A stretch of DNA of 64,000 nt from Candidatus Daviesbacteria bacterium RIFCSPLOWO2_01_FULL_39_23 (GTDB taxonomy: Bacteria; Patescibacteriota; Microgenomatia; Daviesbacterales; UBA10151). Numbering within the stretch: position 1 is the first letter of the stretch; every line of letters starts with the position of its first letter. The stretch lies in contig MFDN01000014.1 of assembly GCA_001776935.1 (NCBI GenBank), positions 65,464-129,463 of the forward strand. Reading direction: 5' to 3'. Below are positions 9,210 through 18,282 of this stretch, one piece after another. Position numbers and translations under genes: made by a program. The notes under the pieces were generated by a model. That model worked only from the letters and a program-made list of their open reading frames with translations, searched no databases and was not told the origin of the DNA.

Positions 9210-9992
9210 ATGCAAAAGACACAGGATAGTATAAGTTACTTCTTTGTTGATGAATCAGGCGATCCAACTTTTTATGATAGACACGGAAATTTAGTTGTAG
9301 GAACAGAAGGTATATCTAAGATACTAATATTGGGATTTATCCATACAAAAGATCCTAAATCCATTCGTCAGGCATTACAAAAGCTTCAGCAAGAAATTAC
9401 CCAGGATAAATACCTGGAAGGTATTCCCTCGCTGCAGAAAACCTTAGTTGCCTTTCACGCCAAAGATGATAGTCCAGAGATTAGAGAAAAAGTATTTAAA
9501 ACTATAGTAGATTTAACTTTTACCGCAGAGCTTTTTGTGGCAAGAAAAATTCAAAATATCTTTAATGCTAGACATCATAGAAATGAAAATGAATTTTACG
9601 ATGATTTAATAAGCAAATTATTTGAGAATAAACTGCATTTAGCAAAACATAATGAAATATTCTTTGCTGTAAGAGGAAATAAAACTCGTCAAATTCCGTT
9701 AGAACAAGCAATACAAAGAGCTATTAGCACATTTGAGAGTAAGTGGAAGAAGAAGATTGATTCAATTGTAAAAGTTAATCCCCATAGCCCTTCTGGGGAA
9801 CCATGCCTTCAAGTTATAGATTATGTTAATTGGGCGGTTCAAAGAGCTTTTATAAAACAAGATATGAGATTTTATAAATTTATAGAAGAGAAAATTAAAT
9901 ATCTGGTTGATATTTATGATAATGATAAATACCCCAAGAATTTTTATACCTCAAGAAACAAATTTGATGTATCAAAAATAAGCCCCCTGTAA
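9210..9992 (+). CDS. DUF3800-family protein
   Basis: N-terminal YFFVDESGDP (the DUF3800 hallmark hhhDESG), C-terminal LQVIDYVNWAVQRAF resembling the conserved Q..D motif of that family. Confidence 0.5.
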   Translation: MQKTQDSISYFFVDESGDPTFYDRHGNLVVGTEGISKILILGFIHTKDPKSIRQALQKLQQEITQDKYLEGIPSLQKTLVAFHAKDDSPEIREKVFKTIVDLTFTAELFVARKIQNIFNARHHRNENEFYDDLISKLFENKLHLAKHNEIFFAVRGNKTRQIPLEQAIQRAISTFESKWKKKIDSIVKVNPHSPSGEPCLQVIDYVNWAVQRAFIKQDMRFYKFIEEKIKYLVDIYDNDKYPKNFYTSRNKFDVSKISPL

Positions 9993-10136
9993 ACTAGATG
10001 GGTGTAACCCATGCAAGGCATGAAGCCTACTTTTATTTACAGAGAGCTTACTCTATATCCTTACTATAATAACCAGAAAAGTGAAAGTCAATAACAATAA
10101 AAGGTAAGAAAACTGTAAGAACGATATACTTTTTCT

Positions 10137-10673
10137 ATGAAATTAATATTGATTGATGGAGGGCCAGCTTCAGGGAAAAATACATTAGGAAAATTACTGG
10201 TAGATCAATTTAATAAAAATGGAGAAAAAGCAATTCTTTTAGATCTAGATTCATATGTTGAGGAGTTCAATCCTAAATGGATTTGGGAGAGTAAAGAACA
10301 AGAGGAAAAAGATCATTTAAATGCCAGAGTAAATTTTGTAAAAGATATAAATAAGTATTTACAAGAAGATCTTACTGTCGTTGCTATCGGGGAAAGATTT
10401 CTAACACATTCAGATGTTTCTCGTTACACAGAAAAATTAGGAATAAATTATCCAATATACCTTTTTCATCTAACAGTTCCAAGGGCTTTACGTCAACAAA
10501 GATTAGATCAAAGAGGACCCCATTCGCTTATTAATCTAGATAAGGATCAAAAAGATCGCGACGCTATTAAAGATTGGCCAGGATATGTTTATGAGAATAT
10601 TAATTCTCCAGAAGAAGACGCTAAGAATTTATATGATTTAATCCGGAGTAACAAAGGATTAATAAATCTATGA
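10137..10673 (+). CDS. P-loop nucleotide/nucleoside kinase-like protein (AAA_33-like)
   Basis: Walker A ILIDGGPASGKNTLGK at residues 4-19, DLD Walker-B-like, 178 aa small kinase fold. Confidence 0.55.
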   Translation: MKLILIDGGPASGKNTLGKLLVDQFNKNGEKAILLDLDSYVEEFNPKWIWESKEQEEKDHLNARVNFVKDINKYLQEDLTVVAIGERFLTHSDVSRYTEKLGINYPIYLFHLTVPRALRQQRLDQRGPHSLINLDKDQKDRDAIKDWPGYVYENINSPEEDAKNLYDLIRSNKGLINL

Positions 10674-10797
10674 AGTATTTCTTGGGTACGAACTTCCCCT
10701 CAGTGGTAGTTAAAATTGAGGCTAAAAATGCTTGGGTCGAAATCTTAATTTCGACACCTCAAAACAATTTTCTAGGTTGAAGATTTATGAAAATTAT

Positions 10798-10885
10798 TTT
10801 TCGGGGTGGCTGACGGGTAATGCTCCCGCTTCCTTCCGCTCCACAGGCGGACGTTCTACTTTTGAACTACAGCCACCATAAAGAA
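10798..10885 (-). ncRNA. ffs: Candidate SRP RNA (4.5S/ffs-like) or other structured small RNA
   Basis: Minus-strand transcript contains CGGAAGGAAGC, identical to the E. coli 4.5S domain-IV core (GGUCCGGAAGGAAGCAGCC, from memory). It is enclosed by an 8-bp terminal helix GGUGGCUG/CAGCCACC with internal hairpins. Intergenic; strand could be wrong. Confidence 0.3.
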
Positions 10886-11034
10886 CCATTTTATCAGATT
10901 CTTGAATTTAAAGCACTAAAAAAGCCCCTTGCGGGACTTTCTTAGAGAACTTGTATATCTTGCGATTTACAAGTCTTTTTATAATACTCTATATATTTAA
11001 ATTGGTCAATTAGGACAAAGTAGCTCAGAATATA

Positions 11035-12798
11035 TCAATTAGAAAACGGCAGTAGTTTCCAAAGCTCCTTTGGGTTTAGCAAAACAGAGAATATATCAGG
11101 TTTTAAGCTTCCAAAATTCAGTGTATTCTCACCTGCCGATACTGTCTGGGTAATCTTTGAGGGTTTATAAAAAGGCTTTTCCAAAGAAAATTCAAAAGAA
11201 TAATCCGGCAACAAATACCTTGCCTCAATTGCATCCGACATCCCCCTTCCATCCAGTTTTATATTTTGTATATTACTGCCTGTTGCGCCTTTGATAGTTA
11301 GAATATAGTTTCCGGCAAAATTATTTTTCCACCCCAAAGAGCTTTTAATTTTTAAAATCACCGGCGACTTCACTTCGGTTTCCGATTCCAGAGGTTTTGA
11401 ATCAAATTGCCTGTTTCCTTCAAACAAGTTAAGGGTGGTTTTATAAACATTATTCTGGCGGGCGCTCATCTCAAGCGGCGCCTTTAAGTTCAGTCTGAAA
11501 GTATATTCCTGACCGGGTTCAACTTTTATGTTTTTAGGCAGCTCAAGGTTTGTAATCCCAAAGTTTTGTCCTCCCTCGGTGGCAACCAGCCTGACTTGCT
11601 CCCTGTCGTTCCATATTGACTGGCCTATGTTTTTAAATGTTAAGTCAATCATATAGGCCTCGCCTGCAACAATAGAAGTGAATATTTCCCCCTTTAGAAG
11701 TTCTGCTTTTACTTCCTGTACAGGTCTTCCTGAAGCTTTTGGAAAATCCTGCAAAACCCGGTAGGCAGGGAAATATGGGTCATCAATAGATTGAGTTTCG
11801 CTTTTGGCAAGCTTTGTTTCATGCTTTTTAAAAGAAAACTGGTCAAAAGGAGGTTCCTGATAATTTAGTAAAAACGGTGTGACAGCTACAATTTGCGGAT
11901 TATTCCAGCATTGGGTAAATGCTTTTTGGTAATAGGAGGCAACTTTTTCTACTGAAGGATAAGACTTGTTTGGCTTTAAGCCTTCCGCATGTTTCCAGCC
12001 TGTTTCCGTAATAAAAATCGGCAGTTTCTTTTTCGCCCCAAAAGATTCCAATATTTCCTGTTCCCATTCCCATGTCCAGACAGTTCCTTTACCGTAATCA
12101 TCAGGCGAGCCGGTAAAGTTAGGATTAGGATAGGAATGAGATACCCAGCCGTCCAGCCTGTTTAATATTCCGGGAACTGCCTGCTCCATTTGTTTTAAAA
12201 AGCTTACTTCATCCATGTACAGGGGAGGCTGGTAGGGAGTAGAAGCATCAAGTCCTGCATTGAGTACAAAAAAGTCTCCATTTTTATTTTTTAGCGCTGT
12301 AATAGTCTTATCTAATACTTTTGCGTAAGATGTGGCGTCAACTTTATTTCCCCATTCTGCTGCATGATTTGGTTCATTGTAAATAATAATGTAGCGGTTT
12401 TTAGTTGGCCAATTAAGTTTATCTAAAAAGTCTGCCCAGGCAATTTCTTCGCCTTCGTAAGGCAGCTTCCAGTGGCCGTTCTCAGGCTGGGTTGCCAGTC
12501 TCACCAAAGGAATTAAATGCCTTCGCCGTAAGTCGTTAAAAAATTCCTGCCATTTATTATGATTTCTGTCTTTGCTTTCAACTAAAACCGTTATATATCC
12601 CCAGTCGCCGTTGGTGTTTACAAGATCTGCGGCAGGGGAGGATTCCTGAGGAGTTGCCTGGATAATGTGTATCCCAAAACGATTATTGGGAACAAGCAGG
12701 GGATCAACGATAGCAAAGGTGGTTGAAATGTAAAATGTAAAATGTACAATGTAAAATGTAAAAAACAGGAAAACTAACTTAATTGTAAATTTCCTCAT
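11035..12798 (-). CDS. Secreted clan GH-A (GH5-like) glycoside hydrolase with C-terminal beta-sandwich-like domain
   Basis: N-terminal signal/TM; NEP acid/base motif (IIIYNEPNHAAEWG) and nucleophile motif IFITETGW about 110 aa later; C-terminal ~200 aa Ig/CARDB-like. Confidence 0.6.
   Translation of the reverse strand: MRKFTIKLVFLFFTFYIVHFTFYISTTFAIVDPLLVPNNRFGIHIIQATPQESSPAADLVNTNGDWGYITVLVESKDRNHNKWQEFFNDLRRRHLIPLVRLATQPENGHWKLPYEGEEIAWADFLDKLNWPTKNRYIIIYNEPNHAAEWGNKVDATSYAKVLDKTITALKNKNGDFFVLNAGLDASTPYQPPLYMDEVSFLKQMEQAVPGILNRLDGWVSHSYPNPNFTGSPDDYGKGTVWTWEWEQEILESFGAKKKLPIFITETGWKHAEGLKPNKSYPSVEKVASYYQKAFTQCWNNPQIVAVTPFLLNYQEPPFDQFSFKKHETKLAKSETQSIDDPYFPAYRVLQDFPKASGRPVQEVKAELLKGEIFTSIVAGEAYMIDLTFKNIGQSIWNDREQVRLVATEGGQNFGITNLELPKNIKVEPGQEYTFRLNLKAPLEMSARQNNVYKTTLNLFEGNRQFDSKPLESETEVKSPVILKIKSSLGWKNNFAGNYILTIKGATGSNIQNIKLDGRGMSDAIEARYLLPDYSFEFSLEKPFYKPSKITQTVSAGENTLNFGSLKPDIFSVLLNPKELWKLLPFSN
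12727..12763. repeat. Tandem heptamer-like repeat (atgtaaa)n inside GH signal-peptide codons
   Basis: aatgtaaaatgtaaaatgtacaatgtaaaatgtaaaa; encodes FTFYIVHFTFYI on the minus strand. Confidence 0.6.
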
Positions 12799-13179
12799 AA
12801 ATTACCTCTTGACGTTCGGGTTTTCTTTGCCTATATTAATTAACGTGATACAAATCCTTGAATCTGTTAATGTGTGGGTGTTTTTTAAAGGTAATCTCAT
12901 ACAGCCTTATTCCTTTTTCTGGCATGGCAGGCAAATTAAAATAGATAAGATTAATTTAATCCATACCTCAAAAAACGGGATTTGGGTATTCTACCATTTT
13001 TCCGTAAGTTGCGGAGGAAATTTTTACAGACTCAAATTTGATACGAATAAATTAAGTTGGATGCTGGAAGCAGTGGAGGCAGAAGAGGAATAGCTATCAG
13101 TCATCAGTCATCAGTCTTCAGCTTTCAGACTAAAATCTGACGACTGACAGCGAAGCGATACTGACAGCTGACGACTACT

Positions 13180-14595
13180 ATGAAAGTTATTTTACATATC
13201 GACTTTAACTCATACTTTGCAACAGTTGAACAGCAGGCAAACCCCAGACTTCGGGGTAAGCCGGTTGGTGTTACAGGAGGAGACCGCCTGAAAAGAACAG
13301 TTTTGGGTGCAGCTTCAGTTGAGGCAAAAAGATTTGGTGTTAAAACAGGCATGCAGATTTGGGAAGCCCGAAAACTTTGTCCGCAAATAATTTTGGTGCC
13401 GGGGGACTCTGATAAGTATTTAGAGACTACAAAGCGTTTTTTAGGCATCCTGAAGGACTACACGCCATATCTGGAAGTCTTTTCAATAGACGAATGCTTT
13501 TTGGAATTGTATAAAACTCGGGGTCCTGCCAGCCAGGTTTCCCGTCGTGCATCCTCGCTCGCCTTCGCTCGCTGCGGCTACGCGCCGGGACCCCCTCCTG
13601 GCTGTCACCCCTCATTTTGTGATGCAGAGCAGATTGCTTTATATATTAAACAAAGGATCAAAGCTGAAATAGGCGAGTGGATCACCTGCTCTATTGGTAT
13701 TTCCTACAATAAATTAATGGCCAAGCTGGCCGGCTCTTTACAAAAACCTGATGGTTTGGTGGTTATTGCCAATCAGGAAGAAACCATGAAAGTTTTAGAC
13801 CAAATTGCCTTGGATGAAATTTGCGGCATTGGTCCGCGGATCAAAAAAAGGCTGAATAACCTGGGCATTTTTGATTTTAAGACTTTAAGAAAAGCCCCGC
13901 TTGAGGCTTTGCTGGCCTCCTTTAAATCCTATGGGCAAACTCTTTACAATATGGCGCGGGGCATTGACCATTCCCCCCTGATTCCCTTTTATGAAAAAGG
14001 AGAAGTTAAAAGTATTGGTCACCGCCACACCATTGATCATGATACTAACCAGGAAGCAGAAATCAAACAAATTTTGCTGAAACTGTCTGAAATGGTAGCA
14101 GCAAGGCTTAGGGCTAAAAATTTAGTCGGTAAAACTATCCACCTTTGGTACCGCGAAGCATTTAATTTAGCTTCCCACTCGTCAAGTGGGAATGTATTTT
14201 TTGGAGATGGAATGCAAAATACTATCCACTATACTCATGATGGATTGGAAATTTTTCAGGCAGCCTGGAAAATCTTTCATCTGATTTGGCCTGCCCGCAA
14301 CGCTACCGCTTGTGAGACAGGCGGGCCTGCCCGCAACGCTACCGCTTGCAAGGCGGGCGGGAACAAGAACAAAATCCGGATGGTTGGCCTTTCTGTCTCC
14401 AGCTTAAAACCTGTGCTGCCGCAAAATTTAAGCCTGCTGCCGGAAACTGCAAAACAGGAAAAAATTATTAAAACCCTGGATAAAGTTAATGATAAATTCG
14501 GTGAATTCACCCTGCAAAGGGGGATACTTTTGGATTCTACCGTCATCCGACGTAAACCAAATCCCTTTCTTTCCGAGCGGAGGTTTAAACTTTAA
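13180..14595 (+). CDS. dinB: DNA polymerase IV (Y-family, DinB) with two in-frame GC-rich insertions
   Basis: ILHIDFNSYFATVEQ, SIDECFLEL, CSIGISYNKLMAKLAG, ICGIGP Y-family motifs. Extra peptides SQVSRRASSLAFARCGYAPGPPPGCHPS and PARNATACETGGPARNATACKAGG are absent from canonical DinB. Confidence 0.85.
   Translation: MKVILHIDFNSYFATVEQQANPRLRGKPVGVTGGDRLKRTVLGAASVEAKRFGVKTGMQIWEARKLCPQIILVPGDSDKYLETTKRFLGILKDYTPYLEVFSIDECFLELYKTRGPASQVSRRASSLAFARCGYAPGPPPGCHPSFCDAEQIALYIKQRIKAEIGEWITCSIGISYNKLMAKLAGSLQKPDGLVVIANQEETMKVLDQIALDEICGIGPRIKKRLNNLGIFDFKTLRKAPLEALLASFKSYGQTLYNMARGIDHSPLIPFYEKGEVKSIGHRHTIDHDTNQEAEIKQILLKLSEMVAARLRAKNLVGKTIHLWYREAFNLASHSSSGNVFFGDGMQNTIHYTHDGLEIFQAAWKIFHLIWPARNATACETGGPARNATACKAGGNKNKIRMVGLSVSSLKPVLPQNLSLLPETAKQEKIIKTLDKVNDKFGEFTLQRGILLDSTVIRRKPNPFLSERRFKL
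13520..13613. repeat. GC-rich palindromic element inserted in-frame in dinB (palm/thumb linker)
   Basis: cagccagg...cctggctg inverted ends; encodes ~27 extra residues between SIDE motif and thumb. Confidence 0.5.
14290..14361. repeat. Tandem duplicated 36-nt GC-rich palindromic unit inside dinB 3' region
   Basis: cctgcccgcaacgctaccgcttg(tgagac/caaggc)aggcggg x2; each unit has gcccgc...gcgggc inverted ends. Confidence 0.6.
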
Positions 14596-14599
14596 CTTC

Positions 14600-14676
14600 C
14601 TTCCGTCATCCTGAGATTCTTCACTTCACTTCGCCAAGTCTAACCTGGCTTCGCTCCGTTCAGAATGACAATGAGG
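14600..14676. repeat. MITE-like element (gtcatcc...gaatgac family), intergenic
   Basis: ccgtcatcctgag...ttcacttcacttcg...cagaatgacaatgagg; terminal inverted repeats and ttcacttc core shared with element at 39449-39529. Confidence 0.45.
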
Positions 14677-14696
14677 AATTATGCTATCATTAAATC

Positions 14697-15659
14697 ATGA
14701 TAAATATTGTGACCGGAGGGGCCGGATTTTTGGGATCTCACCTCTCTGACAAATTAATCGAAAGAGGGGATCAGGTCATTTGTATAGACAATCTTTTAAC
14801 AGGCAATATAGAAAATATTGCCCACCTGCAAAACAGCCCTGATTTTCAATTTGTACAGGCTGATGCTTTGGATGAGTTTCCCCAGGATTTGGATTTTGAC
14901 TGCCTTTACCACCTGGCTTCCCCTGCTTCGCCCAATAAAAACAACCCGAAAAGCTATATGGCCCTGCCTTTTGAAACTATGCAGGTGAATTCCTTCGGAA
15001 CCTGGAATTTATGTAATGAGGCCTTAAACCGTGGAGCCAAATTTTTATTTGCATCTACTTCTGAAATTTACGGAGACCCGCTGGAACACCCGCAAAAAGA
15101 AACCTACAGAGGCAATGTTTCAACAATTGGTCCCAGAGCGGTCTACGATGAAGCAAAAAGGTTTGGTGAGACAATAGTCTCTGCGTTTATACGCTATAAC
15201 AAGCTGGACGGTCGGGCAGTCCGCATTTTTAATACTTACGGGCCGCGGATGTCCCAGGACGGCAGGGTAGTTATTGAATTTGTAATGGCAGCTTTACAAA
15301 ATAAGCCCTTGCCTGTTTTTGGAGATGGTACCCAAACCCGTTCTTTTTGTTACGTATCAGATTTGGTTGACGGAATTATAGCGGCAATGGATAAAGGTGA
15401 AAAAGGGGAAATTTTCAATCTTGGAAATCCCGATGAATTTACGGTGTTGCAGCTTGCTGAAATTGTTAAAAAACTTACCGGCACCACATCTGAAATAGCA
15501 ATTGCGGAAAAATTGCCGGAAGATGAGCCCTTAAGGCGCTGTCCGGATATCTCAAAAGCCAAAGCAGCTTTGGGCTGGGAGCCAAAAGTAGAGCTGGAAG
15601 AAGGGCTAAGCAAGCTTATTGTTCACCTAAAAAACGCACAGTCACCAAAAACCCCATGA
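14697..15659 (+). CDS. NAD-dependent epimerase/dehydratase (UDP-glucuronate decarboxylase/UXS-like)
   Basis: VTGGAGFLGSHL Rossmann motif, ICIDNLLTG (UXS-like NFFTG region), catalytic YxxxK (YDEAK). Confidence 0.75.
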   Translation: MINIVTGGAGFLGSHLSDKLIERGDQVICIDNLLTGNIENIAHLQNSPDFQFVQADALDEFPQDLDFDCLYHLASPASPNKNNPKSYMALPFETMQVNSFGTWNLCNEALNRGAKFLFASTSEIYGDPLEHPQKETYRGNVSTIGPRAVYDEAKRFGETIVSAFIRYNKLDGRAVRIFNTYGPRMSQDGRVVIEFVMAALQNKPLPVFGDGTQTRSFCYVSDLVDGIIAAMDKGEKGEIFNLGNPDEFTVLQLAEIVKKLTGTTSEIAIAEKLPEDEPLRRCPDISKAKAALGWEPKVELEEGLSKLIVHLKNAQSPKTP

Positions 15660-15707
15660 ACTCCCCAACTGTATATATTTAGTATATAATAGTCCTTGTA
15701 ATTTTAA

Positions 15708-15780
15708 GCGCCTGTAGCTCAGTGGATAGAGCAGGACGGTTCTAACGTCAAGGCCGGGGGTTCGAATCCCTCCAGGCGTA
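15708..15780 (+). tRNA. tRNA-Arg (anticodon TCT)
   Basis: Cloverleaf: acceptor GCGCCTG/CAGGCGT (G1-U72 wobble), D-arm GCTC/GAGC, anticodon stem GGACG/CGTCA with loop GTTCTAA, T-arm GGGGG-TTCGAAT-CCCTC; 73 nt, CCA not encoded. Confidence 0.75.
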
Positions 15781-16036
15781 CAGAAAAATGGAAATTCCAA
15801 AGGGTGTATCTGTTAGTGAAACTGACGGATCGCTAAAAAGGCGGCAAGACTTTAAAATAGTTTTTGCTACAACCAAAAGATTCTGGCTTGGGTGCTGATT
15901 ATATATATGCAAAAAATTTTCCGGGACGTTATAGCCCTTATCGCCGGCACTGCTCTTGTAATTTCCGGAGGAAAATTAAATTCTGTTCCCGATAAAAACA
16001 GTTGACATCCTTAATCTATTTTGGTAAATTAAAAAA

Positions 16037-16720
16037 GTGAGATTAAAAACTGCCGTCCTCCTTACTTTTTCTGCATTTGTAATCATAACTAGTCCTGTTT
16101 TTGCAGTTAATCCTTCTGCTGAAAAAACCATAGACATTAAAAAAAGGCTGGATGACCGGCTGGAAAAACTTGATAAAAGGGTTGCTTCCAAAGAAGCAAT
16201 AGCAGCTGAAAAGATAGAAAATATAAAAGAAAGAATTGCCTCAAAAGAGGCGATTTTGAGGCTGAAGCTGGAAAAGTTTAAAAATCAGGAAAAAGCGCAG
16301 ATTGCTCAGAGGGTGAATGCCAATTTAAATATAATAAATCAAAACCAGATAGAGAAAATGCTGATACACCTTTCAACTATGTCAACAATCCTTGACCGAC
16401 TCGAAGCAAGAGTGACAGGAAACACTCCTGATATAAAAGACCCTGCAAAGGCAAAAGAAGCAATTGCTGCTGCGCGGGAAGCTATTTCTTCTGCGTCTGC
16501 GGCAGTAAAGGATCAAAAGGAGAACGATTACACTATACAAATCTCATCAGAATCTAAAATAAAGGCAGATGCAAAAAAACAAAGAGATCAACTGCACAAA
16601 GACTTAACTGCTATAAGAAAAAGAGTAATTGATGCAAAGCAAGCTGTTTCAAATGCAATAAGGGTTGCAAAATCAGGCTCTGAATCTTCAAAGGAAGGAA
16701 CCCCGAGTGGACAACAATAA
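16037..16720 (+). CDS. Secreted coiled-coil protein (hypothetical)
   Basis: Signal peptide MRLKTAVLLTFSAFVIITSPVFA, then long Lys/Glu/Ala-rich heptad-like helices. Confidence 0.45.
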   Translation: MRLKTAVLLTFSAFVIITSPVFAVNPSAEKTIDIKKRLDDRLEKLDKRVASKEAIAAEKIENIKERIASKEAILRLKLEKFKNQEKAQIAQRVNANLNIINQNQIEKMLIHLSTMSTILDRLEARVTGNTPDIKDPAKAKEAIAAAREAISSASAAVKDQKENDYTIQISSESKIKADAKKQRDQLHKDLTAIRKRVIDAKQAVSNAIRVAKSGSESSKEGTPSGQQ

Positions 16721-16736
16721 CAAGCAGCCGGCGAAT

Positions 16737-17051
16737 ATGCCGCAGACCACCCAGCCTCAGGATCCTCCAACCACTGAGCCCGTAGCTCCTCAGCCGACAA
16801 CTGCTCCCTCAGGAGATTCCAATAAACTGATTATTTTCCTGCTTGCAGGAATAGTGTTTATCGCAATTTTAGTCGGAGGCATTTATTTCTTCTTAAGCAA
16901 TCAAAAAACACAGCCCGCTCAAACCCCTATTTCTCAAAAACCCACAACTCTCCCTCAGGAGAATCTTGAGCAGGAATTAAGTAATATTGTATTAGACCCG
17001 CAGCCTGATGCAGATCTTTCAACTGTAGATGGCGATCTTAACCAGCTTTAA
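16737..17051 (+). CDS. Small single-TM protein with Pro/Thr/Gln-rich N-terminus
   Basis: ATG at 16737 (MPQTTQPQDPPTTEPVAPQPTT...) then TM LIIFLLAGIVFIAILVGGIYFFL; the longer 16665 start overlaps the upstream gene. Confidence 0.4.
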   Translation: MPQTTQPQDPPTTEPVAPQPTTAPSGDSNKLIIFLLAGIVFIAILVGGIYFFLSNQKTQPAQTPISQKPTTLPQENLEQELSNIVLDPQPDADLSTVDGDLNQL

Positions 17052-17431
17052 GCCGCTTGACCTGTATATAATTCAGCCTTGACTTCCTGCGGGCTTTGGT
17101 AAGTTTTATCGGGCAATCTATCGCTCACCCATTTTTTTTCTTCCTCAGGCACTTCCGTCATTTCGTTGCACGCCGCCAGAATATCACCCTTTGAAGCAGG
17201 ATACATCACATGCTCATCAATATGTTTTACTGCCTCTTCTGCTTTTTTCCCCATATCAGAAACAGCGCCGGAGACTCCGCCTTTTACACCCTCCAATGTC
17301 TCGTCTAAAGTTCCCTCAACTCCTGATACTGTATCACCGACTTTTCCCGCCACTCCTGAGACCACATCGCCCAGAGCTCCTCCCAAGCCGGAAACTGCCT
17401 CGCCAATTTTTGGCTTTCCTTTATTTATCAT
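17048..17431 (-). CDS. DUF2795-domain protein with N-terminal Gly/Val-rich repeats
   Basis: C-terminus YPASKGDILAACNEMTEVPEEEKKWVSDRLPDKTYQSPQEV matches the DUF2795 pattern (YPAsK..l...A...gA...V...L..LPd..Y.sp.ev); N-terminal VSGxxGxxGDxVSG repeats. Confidence 0.55.
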   Translation of the reverse strand: MINKGKPKIGEAVSGLGGALGDVVSGVAGKVGDTVSGVEGTLDETLEGVKGGVSGAVSDMGKKAEEAVKHIDEHVMYPASKGDILAACNEMTEVPEEEKKWVSDRLPDKTYQSPQEVKAELYTGQAA

Positions 17432-17594
17432 TTATCTCACCTCCTTAATCATGTTAATTTTAAACACCAATATATATATTCCCTTATGAATTAAGTAAGT
17501 ATTCGGCAAGAAAATGAAAACACTTGCTTGTACAGCTCTTACTATAAATTTACTGAAAAATTACTTTATGTCCATATAATTTGAATGATGGGAG

Positions 17595-17789
17595 GTGATA
17601 AAAATGGTATCCAGAAGAAAAAGTGCGGCCTCAAAAAGCAACATCAAAAAAGCTCAGGCTGTTTGGGAAATGATGTCGCCGGAACACAGAGTCACGATGA
17701 GAAGGAAAAGTGAGCCTGTTTTGAAAAAAATGGGTCGTAAGGCAAAAGAGGCTGTTGAAGGCATAAAAGAAAAAATGCCGGGGGATTAG
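17595..17789 (+). CDS. Small basic hypothetical protein
   Basis: 64 aa, strong RBS GGGAGGTGA, Lys/Arg-rich. Confidence 0.4.
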   Translation: MIKMVSRRKSAASKSNIKKAQAVWEMMSPEHRVTMRRKSEPVLKKMGRKAKEAVEGIKEKMPGD

Positions 17790-17827
17790 GTAGAGAAATT
17801 TGGTTTAAAATATGCTATACTGCGCAC

Positions 17828-18256
17828 ATGCATAAACCATTTTATGCGAGCGGATTTCTTTATAGTTTAAAAACAAATCAAATTCTGCTTTTTCAAACCC
17901 CGGGCAAAGAAAATGAAAAAACTACCCTGACCACCATCGGCGGAGAAGGCAAACAAAAAGAGGATCCGCAAGCGGCATTTCAACGGATAATAAAAAAGCT
18001 GTTAAATCTTGACCTCAAAACAAAAGATATTTATCCTATTTATGATTACTTTCAGGATGACCTGAAAAAGGATAATTTTGTGTTTTATGCAGAATTAAAG
18101 AGAAAACCCGCAATCGGTTCTTCTGAAAATGGCGCCTTTGTCTGGGTTACGTTTGAGGAAGCCTTAAAGGTCCTTTTTCCGGCACACAGCAAACAGGATG
18201 TAATTGTCGGCCAGCGTGTCATTAATGCCAAATGGCGTGAGTCTCAGGGCATGTAA
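17828..18256 (+). CDS. Hypothetical protein
   Basis: 142-aa ORF, no motif recognised. Confidence 0.35.
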   Translation: MHKPFYASGFLYSLKTNQILLFQTPGKENEKTTLTTIGGEGKQKEDPQAAFQRIIKKLLNLDLKTKDIYPIYDYFQDDLKKDNFVFYAELKRKPAIGSSENGAFVWVTFEEALKVLFPAHSKQDVIVGQRVINAKWRESQGM

Positions 18257-18282
18257 CCCCACACAAATAATACCTCAAGGAA

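Noticed and set aside
10798-10885. tRNA on the plus strand (7-bp acceptor-like stem GGTGGCT/AGCCACC, CGGG/CCCG D-like stem)
   Set aside because: No canonical T-arm/T-loop (GTTC-TACTTTT-GAAC only) and the anticodon region is irregular. The SRP-like GGAAGGAAGC core on the minus strand fits better, though neither is certain.
12809-13093. 94-aa plus-strand ORF between GH and dinB
   Set aside because: No RBS, odd composition, and it sits in a promoter/spacer region with imperfect palindromes (cagtcatcagtc...gactgacagctgac); likely non-coding.
16588-16800. Minus-strand 70-aa ORF and the long 16665 start of the Pro-rich membrane protein
   Set aside because: Both overlap the well-supported coiled-coil gene; ATG 16737 right after its stop is the parsimonious start.
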